From contig DASXMV010000037.1 of the NCBI GenBank assembly GCA_036495465.1, positions 1-60,370 of the forward strand: DNA of 60,370 nucleotides, read 5' to 3'. Within the stretch, counting starts at the first letter, position 1. Each line of letters starts with the position of its first letter. The notes beneath the pieces were generated by a model. It ran no database searches. It was not told the origin of the DNA and worked only from the letters and a program-made list of their open reading frames with translations. Of this stretch, positions 37,566-47,168 are shown piece after piece. Made by a program: the position numbers and the translations under genes. Origin of the DNA: Candidatus Udaeobacter sp. Lineage in GTDB: Bacteria; Verrucomicrobiota; Verrucomicrobiia; Chthoniobacterales; UBA10450.

Positions 37566-37602
37566 TCGCTCCAGATTCTGATTCTGGAGCGACTTTGTTT
37601 TT
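37566..37602 (+). terminator. rho-independent terminator downstream of the 62-aa ORF
   Basis: 10-bp perfect stem TCGCTCCAGA / TCTGGAGCGA (37566-75 / 37583-92), 7-nt loop TTCTGAT, then CTTTGTTTTT. Confidence 0.8.
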
Positions 37603-37771
37603 GCGCTCATTTGCCACACCGCTTCAAACGAGGCGAATCAACGCGCATAAAAAAACGAAACCGGGAACACGCTGAAGCTAAGATACCTGTATCGTCGCAC
37701 CGGGGGTTAATCGCGACGTTTATGAAACAAAACGCTTTGCCACCAACTAGCGCCGCTTTTATGTTGCGCGA

Positions 37772-39067
37772 GTGATCGATCGTTATTCCCGGCCAGAGAT
37801 GAGCAAAATCTGGTCGGACGAACGCAAGTTTCAGATTTGGCTGGATATTGAGGTACTTGCCTGCGAGGCGATGGCCGAGCTTGGCCAGATTCCAAACCAG
37901 GATGCTGCGGAAATCCGGAAGCGCGCGCGTTTTTCTATTCCGGAAATCCTTGAGATCGAAAAACGGACTAATCACGACGTCATTGCTTTTCTGGAAAATG
38001 TTGCAGTCTCTGTGGGGCCGGCAGCGCGTTGGATTCATCAGGGGCTGACTTCCTCTGACATTTTGGATACGACGTTGGCTGTCCAACTGAACGAGTCGTG
38101 CGACATTCTACTGGTCGATCTCAAATCTCTCCGAACGGTAATCGCAAATCAGGCGCGCCGGTTCAAAATGACCCCAATGATAGGGCGCAGCCACGGCGTG
38201 CACGCCGAGCCAATTACCTTTGGGCTGAAGCTCGCGCTCATGTATGACGAATTCGGTCGTGCGGAGGAACGGCTCAATCAAACGCGCGAACGGATTCGGG
38301 TCGGTAAAATAAGCGGAGCAGTTGGTACGCACGCGCATATCGATCCGAAAATCGAACGAGCGGTCTGCGAAAAGCTCGGGCTAAAACCCGCGACCCTTTC
38401 TACGCAGATCGTGCAGCGGGATCGCCATGCGGAATTCATGACCACGCTCGCGGTGATCGCTTCAAGTATTGACCGTTGGGCGACTGAATTTCGTCATCTC
38501 CAACGAACGGAAGTCCTGGAACTGGAAGAATTTTTTGGCGAAGGACAAAAAGGCAGCTCGGCGATGCCGCATAAACGCAATCCCATTACTAACGAGCGGT
38601 TAAGCGGATTGGCGCGTGTCATTCGCGGTAATGCAGTTGTGGCTCTGGAAAATGTCGCCCTCTGGCATGAGCGCGACATCAGTCATTCCAGCGCAGAACG
38701 AATCATTTTGCCGGACTCATGCATCCTACTTGACTACATGTTGGTGAAGTTGCGTGACGTTGTCGAAAGGTTGCAGGTTTATCCGGACCAAATGCAGGAA
38801 AACCTTGCTATGACGAAGGGTTTATACTTTAGCCAGTCAATCCTCCTTGCTTTGACCAGGGCCGGCGCGGAACGCAAAGCTGCGTACGAAGCGGTGCAAC
38901 GGGCCGCAATGAAAACCTGGAAAGGCGAGGGGACGTTCTCCGAAAATGCAAAGCGCGAACCAGAAATCGCGGCAAAACTTTCAGCGGAGGAGGTCGATCG
39001 CCTTTGCTCGCTCGACGTCCATTTCAAACATATCGATTCGACCTTTAAGGCTCTAGGTTTGGAATAG
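37772..39067 (+). CDS. purB: adenylosuccinate lyase
   Basis: 431 aa with a GTG start. 'IDRYSRPEMSKIWSDE', 'TSSDILDT' and the fumarate-lyase signature 'GSSAMPHKRNP' are present. Confidence 0.95.
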   Translation: MIDRYSRPEMSKIWSDERKFQIWLDIEVLACEAMAELGQIPNQDAAEIRKRARFSIPEILEIEKRTNHDVIAFLENVAVSVGPAARWIHQGLTSSDILDTTLAVQLNESCDILLVDLKSLRTVIANQARRFKMTPMIGRSHGVHAEPITFGLKLALMYDEFGRAEERLNQTRERIRVGKISGAVGTHAHIDPKIERAVCEKLGLKPATLSTQIVQRDRHAEFMTTLAVIASSIDRWATEFRHLQRTEVLELEEFFGEGQKGSSAMPHKRNPITNERLSGLARVIRGNAVVALENVALWHERDISHSSAERIILPDSCILLDYMLVKLRDVVERLQVYPDQMQENLAMTKGLYFSQSILLALTRAGAERKAAYEAVQRAAMKTWKGEGTFSENAKREPEIAAKLSAEEVDRLCSLDVHFKHIDSTFKALGLE

Positions 39068-39073
39068 ACGGAC

Positions 39074-40315
39074 TCATTCGTATCGCAACGCTTCGATCGG
39101 ATCGAGATTCGCTGCGCGATATGCTGGGTAAAGACCGAAGCCAATTCCGATCGCGGAGCAGACAAGAAGACCGGCAACGGCCCAGGCGTAAGGGAAGATC
39201 AGGTCCATTTTTAGCCACATCGCCAGTAGGTCACCGACGATGATTCCGAGAACAATTCCCAGAATTCCTCCAGATTCGGAAATGAATACGGCCTCCGTGA
39301 GAAATTGGCGCAAGATATCGCGGCTACGGGCGCCGATCGATTTGCGAACCCCAATTTCCTTTGTGCGTTCGGTCACACTGACCAACATGATGTTCATAAT
39401 GCCGATCCCAGCCGCGATGAGCGCGATGAAACTCACGACGAATGCCCCCACTCGCACGTATCCAGCCACATTCACGAACGCACTCTTGAGCGAGTCATTG
39501 CTGTAAATCTCGAAATCGTTCGGTTGATCCGGGCGCAGGCCGCGCGCGATCCGCATAGCCCCGATCGCTTTATCGAACGTACGATTGTAGGTATCCTGCG
39601 TGAAAGCTTGTGTCGCAATGTTCACAGTGCGCTTCGCTTCACCGAAATCCTCGAAAAAGCGCGTGATGGGCATCAGAATGACATCGTCCTGACTTTGGCC
39701 GAATGCAGTCCCTTTTTCCGCGAGAACGCCTACGATGGTGTAGGTGTGTCCGCTCACCCGAATCACTTTGCCGATCGGGCTTTCGTGGGGAAACAGTCTT
39801 TTCTCGACCATCCTTCCGACGACAATTACGCGTCGCGAAAGATCGACATCTTCATCATTTAAATTGCGGCCATAACCAAGCGTGTGAGCATTAGCGGTTA
39901 GAAAAGCTTTGTTAGTTCCCACAATCAGAAGACTCGGCGTTGTCTTTACGCCGTTATAGACCGCCTGACCCTTCACTTCGTAACCGAAACTTTTTAGGCA
40001 AATCTCGCGGGCCTCGCCTTCCATCAATCGGTAATAATGCTGTGCCTGCTTGTATGTGATGTCGTGCCGGTTGCGGAACTTTTCCTGGACGTCCCCACTT
40101 GCGCTCATGTTGGCCGGATACTTGGCAAACTGAAAAATATTGGAACCGAGGAAGCTAATTCCGTTCTCGATGGAGTACTGCAATGCGCCGATCGCAGTCA
40201 TGACTGAGATGACCGAGAAAACGCCGATGGTGATGCCGAGCATTGTCAGCGCCGAGCGCAGCTTGTTTGCCCCAAGCGACGACCACGCCATCTTGATTAT
40301 CTCGCTGAATCGCAT
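39074..40315 (-). CDS. ABC transporter permease, MacB/FtsX family (MacB-type periplasmic domain + FtsX 4-TM)
   Basis: 413 aa. The layout is an N-terminal TM, a large periplasmic domain, and then a C-terminal three-TM FtsX-like module. The 'RTKEIGVRKSIGAR' loop and the C-terminal '...LDPIEALRYE' are present. Confidence 0.85.
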   Translation of the reverse strand: MRFSEIIKMAWSSLGANKLRSALTMLGITIGVFSVISVMTAIGALQYSIENGISFLGSNIFQFAKYPANMSASGDVQEKFRNRHDITYKQAQHYYRLMEGEAREICLKSFGYEVKGQAVYNGVKTTPSLLIVGTNKAFLTANAHTLGYGRNLNDEDVDLSRRVIVVGRMVEKRLFPHESPIGKVIRVSGHTYTIVGVLAEKGTAFGQSQDDVILMPITRFFEDFGEAKRTVNIATQAFTQDTYNRTFDKAIGAMRIARGLRPDQPNDFEIYSNDSLKSAFVNVAGYVRVGAFVVSFIALIAAGIGIMNIMLVSVTERTKEIGVRKSIGARSRDILRQFLTEAVFISESGGILGIVLGIIVGDLLAMWLKMDLIFPYAWAVAGLLVCSAIGIGFGLYPAYRAANLDPIEALRYE

Positions 40316-40322
40316 CTCGATT

Positions 40323-41573
40323 TTACTCGTATCGAAGCGCGGCGACTGGATCGAGGCGCGACGCTGTCCAGGCTGGCGCGAATCCCGAAAACAAACCGGT
40401 CATAATTGAAACGATCATGCTGATAATCACCAGGCCGATCGAGAAATGAATCGGAAACGACGGGAAAGCCTTTCCGATCCCGAAGCACATTACGTAAGCA
40501 AAAACTAACCCAGTAAATCCGCCAAGAAGACAAAGCGCAGTCGATTCGATCAGGAATTGCAACAGGATCGTTCGTCGCCGTGCTCCGAGCGCCTTTCGCG
40601 TTCCGATTTCTTTCGTGCGTTCTTTCACGCTGACAAAGGTGATATTCATGATCCCGATTGCGCCCACAAAGAGCGATAAGCCGGTAATAAACAACCCTGC
40701 TATCGCAATTGAGTTTTTCACCGGGTCGAGCGTGCTCTTGAACGCCTGCTGTTCGTTGATCGAGAAATCGTCTTTTTTCTCGGGTGGCAATCCGCGCACG
40801 CGCCGCATCAAACCAGTGAGCTCGTCCTTGGCATCGGCGAGTCTGGTCTTGTCTCTTACTTTCACGCGTACATCCGATTCGCTTTTGGCCGAAAAATATT
40901 TGTTAAATGCGGCTAGCGGCATCGCCACCATGGAATCCCAACTGAACAAACCAAGAAACGTGCCCTGTCGCGCGTTTACGCCGATGACCTTGAACAATTG
41001 ACCGTTGATCAGCACCGATTTAGCAATTGGATCTTCGGAGGGGAAAAGCGCATCTGCCACGTCATACCCGATGACAACGACATTTGCGCCGCCGCGCGAT
41101 TCCAGTTCGTTGAAGAACCGCCCAACTGTACAGTCAATTGTTGACGTTATGATGAAATCCGACGTCGTCCCAAGAACGAAGACGTTATTGACCTGATTGC
41201 CGCCGTATTTAACCGATCGCATCAAATTCGATGTGGGTACCGCTACAATCAGGTTCGAATTGGGCGTTGCTGCGATCATCCTATTCAAGGGCTCGGCGTA
41301 CTCAGTCTTGATTTTCTTGCGGTCGCGAAAGTTCCACCAGTCGTCGACTGGCTTCCACGGCCATTGCGTGACGTAGAGAACGTCGTCACCCAGGACGGCC
41401 ATGCTTTTGTCGAAACCTATGGAAATCCCGCTTACGGCGGTGCCCATCAGTGTCACAGCGATAATGCCGATAACAACGCCGAGAGCCGTAAGCGTTGAGC
41501 GGGTCAGGTTCGAGCGCATTTGCGCGGCCGCGATTTTCCAGCTCTCGGTCAGCTCGTAGAGAAGACGTTTCAT
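40323..41573 (-). CDS. ABC transporter permease, MacB/FtsX family (second paralog)
   Basis: It has the same architecture as the downstream paralog, with 'RTKEIGTRKALGAR' and '...LDPVAALRYE'. I prefer the ATG at 41573, 7 nt after the ATPase stop, over the ATG at 41600, which overlaps the ATPase gene by 20 nt. Confidence 0.85.
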   Translation of the reverse strand: MKRLLYELTESWKIAAAQMRSNLTRSTLTALGVVIGIIAVTLMGTAVSGISIGFDKSMAVLGDDVLYVTQWPWKPVDDWWNFRDRKKIKTEYAEPLNRMIAATPNSNLIVAVPTSNLMRSVKYGGNQVNNVFVLGTTSDFIITSTIDCTVGRFFNELESRGGANVVVIGYDVADALFPSEDPIAKSVLINGQLFKVIGVNARQGTFLGLFSWDSMVAMPLAAFNKYFSAKSESDVRVKVRDKTRLADAKDELTGLMRRVRGLPPEKKDDFSINEQQAFKSTLDPVKNSIAIAGLFITGLSLFVGAIGIMNITFVSVKERTKEIGTRKALGARRRTILLQFLIESTALCLLGGFTGLVFAYVMCFGIGKAFPSFPIHFSIGLVIISMIVSIMTGLFSGFAPAWTASRLDPVAALRYE

Positions 41574-41580
41574 GTCGGGT

Positions 41581-42327
41581 TTATCCCGCAACCGGCACAT
41601 CGAGTTCCGGAATAAAGCCGACGTGATCCATCTCGATCAGTCCATCGCGCAGGTGGACGGTGCGACGCGCATGCGCCGCGATATCTCGCTCATGTGTCAC
41701 AAGAATAATTGTGTTGCCGCGGTGATATAAATTCTCGAACAGCTCCATAATTTCGTCACCCGTCTTGGAATCCAGATTGCCTGTAGGCTCATCGGCCAGG
41801 ATGATTGAGGGTCCGTTAACGAGTGCTCGCGCGATTGCCACACGCTGCCGTTGACCGCCGGAAAGTTCGTTTGGTTTATGTTGAATGCGATCGCCCAAGC
41901 CAACATCTGTCAGCACCTGGGTCGCGCGCTTTTCCCGCCGTACGGGATCGAGCCCGGCATAAACGAGGGGCAGTTCGACATTACGGAGCGATGTCGATCT
42001 TGGCAGGAGATTGAACGTTTGAAAGACGAACCCGATCTCGCGATTACGAACCGCCGCCAGCTCGTCATCATCCATCTCCGCCACGTTTTTGCCATTGAAC
42101 TCGTACCGTCCGGACGTCGGCGTATCGAGGCAACCGAGCATGTTCATGAGCGTGGATTTACCGCTGCCGCTTGGCCCCATGATGGCGATGTATTCGTTGC
42201 GGCGAATCTGCAAGGTCACACCGCGCAACGCCCGCACGACCTCTTCGCCCATGACGTAGTCCTTGGTAATGTTCTCAATGTCGATCACGACCGGACCGAA
42301 CGGTCTGACTGAATTTCGGGTCTCCAT
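41581..42327 (-). CDS. ABC transporter ATP-binding protein (MacB/LolD-type NBD)
   Basis: Walker A 'GPSGSGKST', Q-loop, signature '[15 protein letters not shown]', Walker B '[12 protein letters not shown]' and H-loop 'VTHE' are present. Confidence 0.93.
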   Translation of the reverse strand: METRNSVRPFGPVVIDIENITKDYVMGEEVVRALRGVTLQIRRNEYIAIMGPSGSGKSTLMNMLGCLDTPTSGRYEFNGKNVAEMDDDELAAVRNREIGFVFQTFNLLPRSTSLRNVELPLVYAGLDPVRREKRATQVLTDVGLGDRIQHKPNELSGGQRQRVAIARALVNGPSIILADEPTGNLDSKTGDEIMELFENLYHRGNTIILVTHERDIAAHARRTVHLRDGLIEMDHVGFIPELDVPVAG

Positions 42328-42354
42328 CGCAATATAGGCGCTAACCCGTCGAGA

Positions 42355-43791
42355 CTATTTCGTTCCTTCTTTGTCGAGGGTTACCTTCGCACCCTCCTTC
42401 AACTTCCGGCTGATAGCACTGTAACTTCCAGAAATCACTTCATCGCCTGACTTGATACCACTCTTGATTTCCGTGTAGGTATCGTCGGAAATACCGGTCG
42501 TAACCCTCACCATCTGCGCCTTGTTGCCCTTTTTGAGGAACACAACCTTGGCGAGTTTTTCATGTTCTTCTTTTTGCGCTGTTTTCTCAGCACGCTCGTT
42601 GACGAACTGCGCGTTGTTGTCGCCTTTCTCCTGTGCCGTAGCCTTTAGTTTGCGTTTTTCGATTTCCTCCGGACTCAAATTGGTGTCGCCGGTCCGTATA
42701 GTCACGCTCTGCATTGGTACTGCGACCGCGTTTTTAACCACATTGGTTTCGATGTCGGCGGTGCAACTCAGGCCCGGCCGAAGCGCCATGTCGTGATCGT
42801 CGATCCGAATTTTAACCTCGAAGTTTGTCACTTCTTCCTGGGTGCCGGCGCCGGTTGTCTTCCCGGTGTTACCGATTTGATAGACTGTGCCGTTGAATTT
42901 CCGGTCGCCATACGCGTCGATTTTGACGTTGGCCTTGTCACCGACTTTCACATTCACAACGTCGTTCTCATTCACGTCAACGCGTGCTTCCATGTGACCG
43001 AGGTCGGCAACTCGCATCACTTCGGTGCCAGCAAATTGTCCGGTGGCTACGAGGCGCTCTCCGAGTTTGCTGTTTAAAATCGTGATGGTTCCATCCATCG
43101 GCGAATAAATCGTTGTCTTGGATAGCTGGTCACGAGCCTGACTGGAGCTTGCCTGAGCCCGTTCAATTTCGTGCACGGAACTTTCGTAGGTGTTCTTGGC
43201 TACATCGTAAGCTGCCTGGTCCGCATTGTATTCCTGGGTCGAAATCAGCTTCTTATTAAACAAGTCGTCGGCCCGTTTAAGGTCCTGCTCGGTTTTCATC
43301 ATTGTCGCCTTCTGTTGCAGGTTGGTTGCTTTCGCTGTGCTGATTGCTGCTTCCTGCTGTTCGAGAAGGGCTTTGTAGGAGTCGGGTTTAATTTTCACCA
43401 GCAGGTCGCCTTTCTTGACCTGCATTCCGTCGTCGACGGGCAACTCAGTAATTTCACCAGCAACCTCAGGCGAGATTTTGACCTCAACTTCGGGCTGTAT
43501 CTTTCCTGTTGCCGAAACCGTTTGCACGATGGTTTTGCGGATCGCCATCTCTGTTGTGACGGGAATTGGCTTCTCGCGCTTGCTCCACGCAATCGAAGCG
43601 ATGATCCACAGCACGATCAGGCCGATTGATCCATAAATGATTTGTTTCTTTCGCCGGGCGCGACGCTGCTTCGGGGTCAAAGGCTCGTGCGGGGCTGTGC
43701 CAACAGTCTGGTGCATCGATGGAGCGGTTCTCGGGGTGAAGTGGTCAGAATTAGTCGCTTGTTTGACCCTTGCAAACAAAATCCCGTTCAT
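42355..43791 (-). CDS. efflux periplasmic adaptor (HlyD/MacA membrane-fusion protein family)
   Basis: The layout is an N-terminal TM, then a lipoyl/barrel-sandwich domain 'GKIQPEVEVKISPEVAGEITELPVDDGMQVKKGDLLVKI', a long coiled-coil hairpin, and a beta-barrel. The true start may be the internal ATG at 43716 (MHQTVG...). Confidence 0.85.
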   Translation of the reverse strand: MNGILFARVKQATNSDHFTPRTAPSMHQTVGTAPHEPLTPKQRRARRKKQIIYGSIGLIVLWIIASIAWSKREKPIPVTTEMAIRKTIVQTVSATGKIQPEVEVKISPEVAGEITELPVDDGMQVKKGDLLVKIKPDSYKALLEQQEAAISTAKATNLQQKATMMKTEQDLKRADDLFNKKLISTQEYNADQAAYDVAKNTYESSVHEIERAQASSSQARDQLSKTTIYSPMDGTITILNSKLGERLVATGQFAGTEVMRVADLGHMEARVDVNENDVVNVKVGDKANVKIDAYGDRKFNGTVYQIGNTGKTTGAGTQEEVTNFEVKIRIDDHDMALRPGLSCTADIETNVVKNAVAVPMQSVTIRTGDTNLSPEEIEKRKLKATAQEKGDNNAQFVNERAEKTAQKEEHEKLAKVVFLKKGNKAQMVRVTTGISDDTYTEIKSGIKSGDEVISGSYSAISRKLKEGAKVTLDKEGTK

Positions 43792-43868
43792 ACAATTCTA
43801 CGACGGCGGGAGGAACGGCTTTGGATTCAATCAACTGCCGCCTCATTAAATAAGGTGAAGCTTTTCCG

Positions 43869-44948
43869 TCAACCGGAGGAACCGAGCCGATAGCGAGACT
43901 GAATTTGGCGAATCGCCCATCTTGCATGCTCTGCGATAAGCGGCTCGGAATCGGTTGCAGCACGCTCAAGAGCGGGCAAATCGATTGGATCTCCAACATT
44001 TCCCAATGCGACACAAACGTTACGCAGGAAGCCGCGTCGCTTAATCCGTTTAATCGGCGAATTTCTAAAAAGCAAACGGAACTCATCATCGCTCAAAGCG
44101 AGATAATCACGCAGCGGCATCCTCGCAGTCGAGGAACGCGGAGAAAACGCCGCCTCGCGCGATACCTTTGCAAAACGATTCCACGGACAGGCATCAAGAC
44201 AATCGTCGCAGCCAAAAATTCTGTCTCCGATGAGTGCTCGAAGCTCCTGTGGGATCGAACCTTTGAGTTCGATTGTCAGATAGGAAATGCACAGGCGCGC
44301 ATCCAGGCGATGCGGTGCGGTGATGGCACCGGTGGGACAGGCCTTGATACAACGCTCACAAGTTCCACAGCGATCTGTTACGGGCCGATCCCGTGGTAAT
44401 CCGAGGGTCGTCAAAATCTCCGCGAGAAAAAACCAGGTTCCGAGTCGTTCGTCGATTAGCATCGTGCTCTTGCCATGCCAACCTATGCCGGCCTCCCCCG
44501 CGTAATCGCGCTCCAGAACGGGTCCGGTATCGACATAACATTTCTGTTTCCCCCCAAACTTGCGAAGGAACTCGTCTATTTTCTTAAGTTTATGCTCGAT
44601 CACGATGTGATAATCATCGCCCCAGGCGTAACGAGCTATTCGTCCTGTAGCGGCGGGCGTCTCTTCTCCCTTGGTCTCTTTGTGGAAATAATTCATCGCC
44701 AGCACAATAATTGTGCGCGCGCCGGGTAAAACCTTCTGCGGATCGCAGCGTTTTTCTTCCGCGCGCTCCATGTAATGCATTTCGCCGTATGCTTCGCTGC
44801 GCAACCAATTGCGAAATTCGTCTGCATGTGGTGGAACGTCACAGGTCGCGACGCGACAGGAATCAAAACCAACGCCGCGCGCGAATGACACCAGGCGCTT
44901 TTTCAGTTCTTCCAGGGAGATTTCGGAATCAATCGAGGTCGCAGTCAT
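43869..44948 (-). CDS. queG: epoxyqueuosine reductase
   Basis: 359 aa. The ferredoxin-type 4Fe-4S motifs 'CGTCERCIKACPTGAI' and 'FGCDDCLDACPWN' are present, with C-terminal HEAT-like repeats. Confidence 0.88.
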   Translation of the reverse strand: MTATSIDSEISLEELKKRLVSFARGVGFDSCRVATCDVPPHADEFRNWLRSEAYGEMHYMERAEEKRCDPQKVLPGARTIIVLAMNYFHKETKGEETPAATGRIARYAWGDDYHIVIEHKLKKIDEFLRKFGGKQKCYVDTGPVLERDYAGEAGIGWHGKSTMLIDERLGTWFFLAEILTTLGLPRDRPVTDRCGTCERCIKACPTGAITAPHRLDARLCISYLTIELKGSIPQELRALIGDRIFGCDDCLDACPWNRFAKVSREAAFSPRSSTARMPLRDYLALSDDEFRLLFRNSPIKRIKRRGFLRNVCVALGNVGDPIDLPALERAATDSEPLIAEHARWAIRQIQSRYRLGSSG

Positions 44949-45496
44949 TGCTCTCTCTCGAGCGCTTGTTTACCACGATATTTCTTGAACTTACTCAAGA
45001 TTGCTACGGCAACTTCTTCGTCTGTCAGCGCTGACGTATCGACTCGGATATCGGCAATCTTTGCGTATAGTGAAAGGCGCGCCCGTAACGTGTTGGTGAA
45101 CGCTTCTCTCGGGTTTTTGCATTGCAAAAGCGGTCGATCGCCGGTTTGCACAGCTCGTTTGAAAAGCGTTGCCTCATCGGCTTCCAACCACACCACCGCC
45201 CCGAGTTGCTTCAAAAGATCGAGGTTCTTTTTACGCGATACAATACCGCCGCCGGTCACGATGATCGCGCGTCGAGCGGAGGATAATTTTTGGAGGACTT
45301 CCGTCTCTGCTTCCCGGAACTCTTCCTCCCCGTGCGTCAAAAAGATATCCGAAATCGACATTCTGAATTTCGATCTGATTATTTCATCCGTATCAAATTG
45401 CACAAAACCGGTCCGCGATTTCAAACAAAGCCCAACCGCGGACTTTCCTGCGCCCATCATCCCGATGAGGACGATCGATTTGCTGCGCCGGGTCAT
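44945..45496 (-). CDS. aroK: shikimate kinase
   Basis: 183 aa with P-loop '[13 protein letters not shown]', 'FDTD', 'GGG' and a LID region. It has a 4-nt overlap with queG. Confidence 0.9.
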   Translation of the reverse strand: MTRRSKSIVLIGMMGAGKSAVGLCLKSRTGFVQFDTDEIIRSKFRMSISDIFLTHGEEEFREAETEVLQKLSSARRAIIVTGGGIVSRKKNLDLLKQLGAVVWLEADEATLFKRAVQTGDRPLLQCKNPREAFTNTLRARLSLYAKIADIRVDTSALTDEEVAVAILSKFKKYRGKQALEREQ

Positions 45497-45657
45497 CTAT
45501 TCAATATGCCATAAACAGTTGGGAGCGGCATCCCGACAGACTGAGCGTTAACGGGAAGTTAATTTCATCTTGGCATGTAGCAAAGTGTCCGGGGAATCAA
45601 TCGGAATTGCGAAGTGTAAGTTTGCTGCCGCAAACGAATCATCCTACAATTCGCCCC

Positions 45658-46149
45658 ATGCCCGAATCGAAGTCGTTGGTTGCTGTGATCATGGGTAGTA
45701 AATCTGATTGGGAAACGATGCGTCACGCCGTCGAGACATTGGATGAGCTTGGCGTGCCTAACGAAGCGCACGTCCTCTCTGCGCATCGGACACCGGACGC
45801 TACCGCGGAATTCGCCCGGAATGGAGCGGCGCGCGGGCTGCGAGTCATTATCGCCGGCGCAGGGGGTGCGGCGCATTTGGCTGGAGTAATCGCAGCTCAT
45901 ACGTGGCTCCCGGTGTTAGGAGTGCCAATCCAATCGAAGCTTCAGGGCCTCGATTCGCTTCTCTCAACGGCGCAGATGCCTGGCGGTATTCCGGTGGGAA
46001 CTCTGGCGATCGGTGAAGCCGGTGCGAAAAATGCGGCTCTGCTGGCGGCCGCGATTTTGGCGACTTCTGACGAAGGCGTTCAGCAGAAAATAGAAGCATT
46101 TCGAAAGAAACAGTCCGAGACCGTCCTTTCGGCGAAGCTGCCGAAGTGA
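45658..46149 (+). CDS. purE: 5-(carboxyamino)imidazole ribonucleotide mutase
   Basis: '[14 protein letters not shown]', 'SAHRTP' and '[14 protein letters not shown]...PVLGVP' are present. I prefer the ATG at 45658 over the upstream track start. Confidence 0.93.
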   Translation: MPESKSLVAVIMGSKSDWETMRHAVETLDELGVPNEAHVLSAHRTPDATAEFARNGAARGLRVIIAGAGGAAHLAGVIAAHTWLPVLGVPIQSKLQGLDSLLSTAQMPGGIPVGTLAIGEAGAKNAALLAAAILATSDEGVQQKIEAFRKKQSETVLSAKLPK

Positions 46150-47168
46150 AGACCGAAACAGTAGCGGTGATCAGTGATCGCCCTGGGCGGTCCCGGACCG
46201 CTACTACAGCACACGCGGTTCAACTGTTGCGCAAAGGTGAAGTTGTCGCGCTCCCAACAGAAACCGTATATGGACTCGCCGCCGACGCGCTCAATCCTGC
46301 TGCCGTTGCAAAAATTTTTGAAGCAAAAGAGCGACCGCGGTTTGATCCGCTAATTCTGCATTTGCCCAGTGAAGACTGGCTGGAGCGCGTCGCGAGAATC
46401 GATCGTGATTCGCGCGCAACAATCAAAAAACTCACGACGCAATTCTGGCCCGGCCCGCTGACCTTGATTCTGGATCGGCAACCTATCGTTCCTGGAATCG
46501 TCACTGCCGGGCTCGACACGGTTGCTGTGCGAATAAGTTCACATCCAGTTTTCACTGAAGTAATTTCCGCATTCGGAGAGCCTCTCGCCGCGCCAAGCGC
46601 AAATCGATTTGGGCGAGTCAGCCCAACGACCGCTCAACACGTTTTTGACGAACTTCGCGGCCGTGTCCCTCTGATTATTGATGCCGGTCCGACCGCACAT
46701 GGCATCGAGTCGAGCATCATCGCCGTACAGGGTAGTAGGATCGAAATGCTCCGCCTCGGCCCAATTACCGCCGAGCAACTCGCTGAATTTGGCAACATCC
46801 ATAGTGGCACTGCGCCGGAAAAGGTCTATGCACCCGGTCAGTTGCCATCGCATTACGCGCCGAAAACGTCGCTTCGCTTGATCGATAACTCCGAAACGTT
46901 CGCGTTACCGGCAAACTACCGTGTCGGGCTACTCGCCTGGAACGCCTCGATTCCAGAAGAACGTTTCGCAGCTGTCCGAACTCTGAGTGAGCGTCAGGAT
47001 CTTCGGGAAGCTGCCTCGAATTTATTTCGTTGCTTGCGGGAGCTCGACGAGCTCGGTCTTGATCTTATCGTTGCAGAACGAGTTCCTGCTCAGGGAATCG
47101 GCGCGGCGATCCTTGATCGGCTGAAGCGCGCGTCGCATGATTCTGAAATTCGAGGCACGCATGAATGA
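46146..47168 (+). CDS. tsaC: L-threonylcarbamoyladenylate synthase, long Sua5/YwlC type (YrdC domain + SUA5 domain)
   Basis: 340 aa. '[16 protein letters not shown]', 'KERP...PLILH' and '[16 protein letters not shown]' are present, followed by a C-terminal SUA5-like domain. Confidence 0.88.
   Translation: MKTETVAVISDRPGRSRTATTAHAVQLLRKGEVVALPTETVYGLAADALNPAAVAKIFEAKERPRFDPLILHLPSEDWLERVARIDRDSRATIKKLTTQFWPGPLTLILDRQPIVPGIVTAGLDTVAVRISSHPVFTEVISAFGEPLAAPSANRFGRVSPTTAQHVFDELRGRVPLIIDAGPTAHGIESSIIAVQGSRIEMLRLGPITAEQLAEFGNIHSGTAPEKVYAPGQLPSHYAPKTSLRLIDNSETFALPANYRVGLLAWNASIPEERFAAVRTLSERQDLREAASNLFRCLRELDELGLDLIVAERVPAQGIGAAILDRLKRASHDSEIRGTHE

Noticed and set aside
37607-38086. 159-aa minus-strand ORF overlapping the purB start
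   Set aside because: It is antisense to the strongly supported purB N-terminus (IDRYSRPEMSKIW...), has no motif and is Arg/Cys-rich.
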